Assembly: GCA_964597575.1 (NCBI GenBank)
Contig: CAZQXB010000001.1
Span: 466,111-530,110, forward strand
Length of the DNA stretch: 64,000 bases
Direction of reading: 5' to 3'
Source of the DNA: an uncultured Gammaproteobacteria bacterium
GTDB taxonomy: Bacteria > Patescibacteriota > Patescibacteriia > Magasanikbacterales > UBA922
The notes under the pieces were generated by a model that saw nothing but the letters and a program-made list of their open reading frames with translations, searched no databases and was not told the origin of the DNA. This document shows, piece by piece, positions 59,696-64,000 of the stretch. Position numbers and translations under genes: made by a program. Within the stretch, counting starts at the first letter, position 1. Every line of letters begins with the position of its first letter.

Positions 59696-61786
59696 ATGCC
59701 AGTTCCACAACTTCAAGCGAAAGGAGCCGAAATAAAACCACCGCCAGATATTTGTTTATTTGCTCAAACCGAATTTCGTAGTCAAATTCGGCGTTTTGGT
59801 ATTAAAACAGACGACCGCCGCCGCCACATGTACGTGATCGGAAAAACTGGTATGGGCAAGACCACCATCATGGAAAACATGGTGTTAAATGATATTTATG
59901 CGGGCCACGGGCTCGGGTTGGTTGATCCGCACGGGGATTTTGCAGAAAAAATTATCAACTTTGTACCAGCGAATCGTATTAACGATGTCGTGTATATTAA
60001 TCCGTCAGATACGGAATTTCCGATCGGCTTTAACATTTTGGAAGTAAAAAATGAAGAACAGAAGCACTTGATCTCGGCCGGTCTCATGGGAATTTTCAAA
60101 AAGATCTGGCCTGATGTGTGGAGTTCACGCATGGAGTATATTTTAAATAACACTCTTTTGGCGCTGCTCGATACGCCAGGAACAACGCTTCTTGGTATTA
60201 ATCGTATGCTTTCTGATAAAGCATACCGCCGTAAAATTGTTCGCCAAATTACTGATCCCGTGGTGAAGGCGTTTTGGGAAATTGAATTTGCAAACTACGA
60301 AGATCGGTATGCGAAAGAAGCCGTTGCCCCAATTCAAAATAAAATTGGTCAGTTTTTGTCGGCCTCAGTCATCCGAAACATGGTGGCTCAGGTCAAATCA
60401 ACCATTAATATTCGGGAGCTCATGGACACACAAAAAATTGTGATCATGAACTTGTCGAAGGGGCGTATCGGGGAAGACAACAGCCGTTTGCTTGGGGCCA
60501 TGCTTATTACCAAAATTCAACTGGCGGCCATGGAGCGCGTAGACACGCCAGAAGCCGAACGTAAAGACTTCTTTTTATTTGTTGACGAGTTTCAAAACTT
60601 TGCGACACCGAGTTTTGCGAACATTTTATCTGAAGCGCGTAAGTATCGTTTAAGTTTGATCATGGCGCACCAATATGTGATGCAGCTTGATGAGGTGGTG
60701 GCCGATGCCGTCTTCGGAAACGTAGGCACGATCGTTACCTTCCGTGTGGGGGGTTCTGATGCCGAGGTGTTAGTAAAAGAATTCACACCTACGTTTACCG
60801 AGGAAGATATTGTGAACTTACCGAAGTTTCATGTGCTCATGAAACTCATGATCGATGGGGTGGCCTCGCATCCGTTTAGTGCAGCCACACTTGGACCGTT
60901 GGCGGCTGCTACCGGAAGTGCAGAAAAAGTGATCCGTGTTTCTCGTGAACGGTATGGTCGGCTGAAAGCCGAAATTGAAGAAAAAATTGCGCGTTGGAGC
61001 GGTATGGAGCCATCGGATAGTGAAGATGGCGAAGATATGGAAGATGGGCCCGCACCAAGAAAATCGTTGTATGGGAAGCAAATGGCTCGGCCAGGTGCCT
61101 CCCAGGGCGGTGGTGGGGGAGAACGCAGAGGTAGTCCGCCGTCACGAGGTGGTTCTTCGCCACAACGAAGTGGTGGTCAACAAAGTAATGGTGATCGTCC
61201 GCCAAGAACAGCTTCTCTGTCTGCACTTCCGCCACGCCCTGAAAGAACCGATCGGCCAGCGGCTCCAATGCCACCAAAACCTATGGCTTCTGCTCTTCCG
61301 ACCCCTATGCCTGCGGCGGCACCTGCGCCTGTAGGCGGAGCTACACCAAGTGCATCAACAGGAAGCCCGGTAGCCCCAGCACCTGCATTTACGTCAACGT
61401 ACCAACCTTCTACCGCCTCACCATCTGTTCCACAATCTTTACCACCAAGAGGCAACGGCGCTCCTTCAGCTTCGTTTAATACTGTCGGTCCTGACGGAGA
61501 AATAATGACGAAGAGTAAGAAAAAAAGAAACCGTCGTCGACGGAGCCAGGAAAATAGAGAACTAAGGGGTGGGGGAGATGCACCAGCGCGAACTCCGACC
61601 ATGCGCCCGGTTATTGTGGCCCCAGAACCCGGTGATATGCCAGTATTGCCCCCAGCTACGCCAGTCACACCCATGCCTCCGGCCGCACCAAAACCTGCAG
61701 TACCTACTCCGCCTCCAGTAGAGCATATACCGACCCCTCCACCGGTCGTAATTGCCCCTAATGAGGTGATCCGGTTCGACCCATAA
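59696..61786 (+). CDS. VirD4/TraD/HerA-like ATPase with Pro-rich tail
   Basis: HMYVIGKTGMGKT, DPHGD, FVDEFQNF and SEARKY motifs; long low-complexity C-terminus. Confidence 0.88.
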   Translation: MPVPQLQAKGAEIKPPPDICLFAQTEFRSQIRRFGIKTDDRRRHMYVIGKTGMGKTTIMENMVLNDIYAGHGLGLVDPHGDFAEKIINFVPANRINDVVYINPSDTEFPIGFNILEVKNEEQKHLISAGLMGIFKKIWPDVWSSRMEYILNNTLLALLDTPGTTLLGINRMLSDKAYRRKIVRQITDPVVKAFWEIEFANYEDRYAKEAVAPIQNKIGQFLSASVIRNMVAQVKSTINIRELMDTQKIVIMNLSKGRIGEDNSRLLGAMLITKIQLAAMERVDTPEAERKDFFLFVDEFQNFATPSFANILSEARKYRLSLIMAHQYVMQLDEVVADAVFGNVGTIVTFRVGGSDAEVLVKEFTPTFTEEDIVNLPKFHVLMKLMIDGVASHPFSAATLGPLAAATGSAEKVIRVSRERYGRLKAEIEEKIARWSGMEPSDSEDGEDMEDGPAPRKSLYGKQMARPGASQGGGGGERRGSPPSRGGSSPQRSGGQQSNGDRPPRTASLSALPPRPERTDRPAAPMPPKPMASALPTPMPAAAPAPVGGATPSASTGSPVAPAPAFTSTYQPSTASPSVPQSLPPRGNGAPSASFNTVGPDGEIMTKSKKKRNRRRRSQENRELRGGGDAPARTPTMRPVIVAPEPGDMPVLPPATPVTPMPPAAPKPAVPTPPPVEHIPTPPPVVIAPNEVIRFDP

Positions 61787-61866
61787 CAGTTGTGCACACT
61801 TCTTCGCGTTGCCTTTTTCCTGCGGTCTGCTATACTAAATTTGGCATGTGAATTGAAGGAGGGGTT

Positions 61867-64000
61867 ATGTTCCAGTGCAAGCAAAACTACGCAAAAAGCA
61901 TCCAATTTGGGATGCTTTTTGTTGTTTTGTTTTTATTTGGGCTCTTCCTTTTTCCAAAAATTGCTTTTGCATCAACTTCCATTCTTACACCTTTTGTTAT
62001 TGATCAGCCTACCAACTGGACTGCTGCCGAAAGCCCGTATATTGTTTCAGGTTCTGGATTTGTCGACGTTCAATCTGATTTTGTTATCGAACCTGGGACC
62101 GTTGTTTCCTTTGAGGAGAGCCAAGGTGTGTATGTGGGAGGAGGGTCTCTTACCGCTATCGGCACTCCAGAGCTTCCGATTATTTTTACCTCTGTAGATG
62201 ACACATCTCCCGTTACAAGTGCGGCTGCTTGTAATGCTGGGGCGTGGGGTGGTTTCTTGTTTTCACCCAGTGCCGGAACTTCAATCATAAGCCATGCTGA
62301 ATTTCGTTGTGGCGGTACTTTTACGTTGGATCTTGGTCATTATGAGATTGATCCTAATCCGATTGATTTCGAAACGTTTTCTGTTATTTGGGTTCCCGAA
62401 CTTGTTACTGCCGAAGCTTTTATTGATGTTCAAGGTGGTGAACTAACTGTTGACCATAGTGTTTTTTCTCAAGTGGATTCCATGGCTGTACATGCTGGAT
62501 TGGGTATTACGACTGATGCTCGACATAATTGGTGGGGAAGTAACACTGGGCCAACCACTGTATCGAATCCCGGCGGTACCGGTGCATCTGTCTCTGGGAG
62601 TGTTCTGTATGATCCGTGGATCGGTCAGTCGGATGTCGTTACTTCGACCCCTACGACTTCTGAAAGAAATCCGGTTATCTTCGTTCCTGGGATTATGGGG
62701 ACTGAGTTTGTGCGACGAGAGGTGAATGGAGATGAGGAGGTGGTATGGCTCAACTTGGGAGAACTTGTACGTAGTCGAAATGATGACGTTATGGATTATT
62801 TAGGTTTGGATGAGTTCGGTGTGCCGCTTTTTTCAAATGTTTTTATTAGCGGAGTTTTGAGGAGGAGGGACCTGCTGGGTATCCCAGGTATTAATTATAC
62901 TGCGGATTTTATCGCATCTCTACAGGAAGAAAATTACAGCTTGGATCATGATTTATTTCTTTTTGCTTATGACTGGAGGCAAGATATTTCTTCGAGTAGT
63001 ATCCAGTTGTCTGATTACATTCAGCTAATTCGTCAAAGAACAGGGTCTGGGGGTGTGAATATTGTGGCTCATAGCATGGGCGGTCTTGTGGTCAAAGAAT
63101 ACATTCGTAATCATGAGGCTAATCATGGGATAGATAAACTCATCTTCCTTGGTACTCCCCATCTAGGTTCGGTCAATGCCATAAAAACTTTAATTTTTGG
63201 AGACGATTTAGGTGTGAGGGTGGATAAGCAGGTTGGCATCGGACCATTTACAAAAATTGTATCTGCCTCTTTTCTTAATGTACAAAAAATTAAACAATTA
63301 GCCACTAACATGCCTTCTCTTTACCATTTACTCCCAAGCAGAGACTATTTTCAAAGATTTGGTGAGGTGCTTTATGATTTTTCCAAAAGAAAATTACTCT
63401 CTTTTAATGAAACTATAGACTTTTTCCAAACTCAATTTCTTAACGAAGAAATGGTGGAGAAGGCCGATCAATTTCATTTGAATATCGACAACCTGCTCAT
63501 TCCTTCAGATATTTCTGTATACAACATTAACGGGTGCGGTCTCCCTACCGTTACGGGAATTGGCCTTCTCTCTAAAAAATTTAACGAAGATGAGTTTACC
63601 GTAAAAATTGGTAATGGAGACGGTACCGTCCCTCTGAATAGCTCTCGTGCAGTTTCCTCCAATGGTGTGGTTCAGGTTAACATTCCAGGTTTAGTTCACG
63701 GAACCATGCCGAGTAACTCAAAAGTCATTCATTTTGTTACTACCACTTTCGCTGACGTATCTGTTCCTCAACAGCCGCCAATTGCGAATCTGGTCGCATG
63801 TGGTATCAATGGCAAACTCCTCTCCGTCCACAGCCCCGTCACCATCAATGTCACCGACTCTCTTGGTCAACACGTAGGAGTTGATCTTAACGGAGATATA
63901 GAACTCGGTATTCCAGGTTCACTCTACGAAGAATTAGGGGAAAACAAGTTTATCTTTATCCCAGAGCCAGAAGAGCCAACCTCTACTACGTATACTCTCA
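61867..64000 (+). CDS. secreted alpha/beta hydrolase (LCAT/PGAP1-like lipase), 3' partial
   Basis: Absent from the ORF track because it runs off the window; signal peptide, PVIFVPGIMG, YDWRQ, AHSMGG, GTPHLGS and GDGTVP motifs. Confidence 0.88.
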   Translation, partial: MFQCKQNYAKSIQFGMLFVVLFLFGLFLFPKIAFASTSILTPFVIDQPTNWTAAESPYIVSGSGFVDVQSDFVIEPGTVVSFEESQGVYVGGGSLTAIGTPELPIIFTSVDDTSPVTSAAACNAGAWGGFLFSPSAGTSIISHAEFRCGGTFTLDLGHYEIDPNPIDFETFSVIWVPELVTAEAFIDVQGGELTVDHSVFSQVDSMAVHAGLGITTDARHNWWGSNTGPTTVSNPGGTGASVSGSVLYDPWIGQSDVVTSTPTTSERNPVIFVPGIMGTEFVRREVNGDEEVVWLNLGELVRSRNDDVMDYLGLDEFGVPLFSNVFISGVLRRRDLLGIPGINYTADFIASLQEENYSLDHDLFLFAYDWRQDISSSSIQLSDYIQLIRQRTGSGGVNIVAHSMGGLVVKEYIRNHEANHGIDKLIFLGTPHLGSVNAIKTLIFGDDLGVRVDKQVGIGPFTKIVSASFLNVQKIKQLATNMPSLYHLLPSRDYFQRFGEVLYDFSKRKLLSFNETIDFFQTQFLNEEMVEKADQFHLNIDNLLIPSDISVYNINGCGLPTVTGIGLLSKKFNEDEFTVKIGNGDGTVPLNSSRAVSSNGVVQVNIPGLVHGTMPSNSKVIHFVTTTFADVSVPQQPPIANLVACGINGKLLSVHSPVTINVTDSLGQHVGVDLNGDIELGIPGSLYEELGENKFIFIPEPEEPTSTTYTL

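Noticed and set aside
1-64000. tRNA or rRNA genes
   Set aside because: No cloverleaf or rRNA-like segment was recognised by eye; tRNAscan was not run.

Overview
Bacterial chromosome segment, translation table 11, with gene content and compact, often Shine-Dalgarno-free starts typical of Patescibacteria/CPR (inference). Housekeeping content includes msrB, uvrA-uvrC, mraZ-rsmH-ftsL, a membrane-anchored Clp ATPase, rplU, recR-ybaB-dnaB, a dTDP-sugar/glycosyltransferase cluster, an S41 peptidase, dnaG-rpoD, SOD-AhpC, a DsbA-like protein, a coupling-protein-like ATPase and a partial secreted lipase. The standout feature is an array at 4450-9112. Three near-identical 144-bp, AT-rich, full-length imperfect palindromes (TGTAAGTTAAAGT...ACTTTAACTTACA) and a 48-bp half-copy separate three unrelated GC-rich fragments of 728, 2120 and 1335 bp. 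Several genes in those fragments are cut exactly at the repeat ends. There are no target duplications and no recombinase or cas gene in the window, so this is a candidate DNA-capture array, although misassembly must be excluded. An accessory region after rpoD (46.1-56.4 kb) holds orphan lipoproteins (one flanked by a 39-bp direct repeat), an HrpA-like helicase with a structured, uORF-containing leader, an extra sigma-70 coupled to RNase III, and an SF2 helicase with 11 tandem repeats. No tRNA, rRNA or CRISPR array was recognised.
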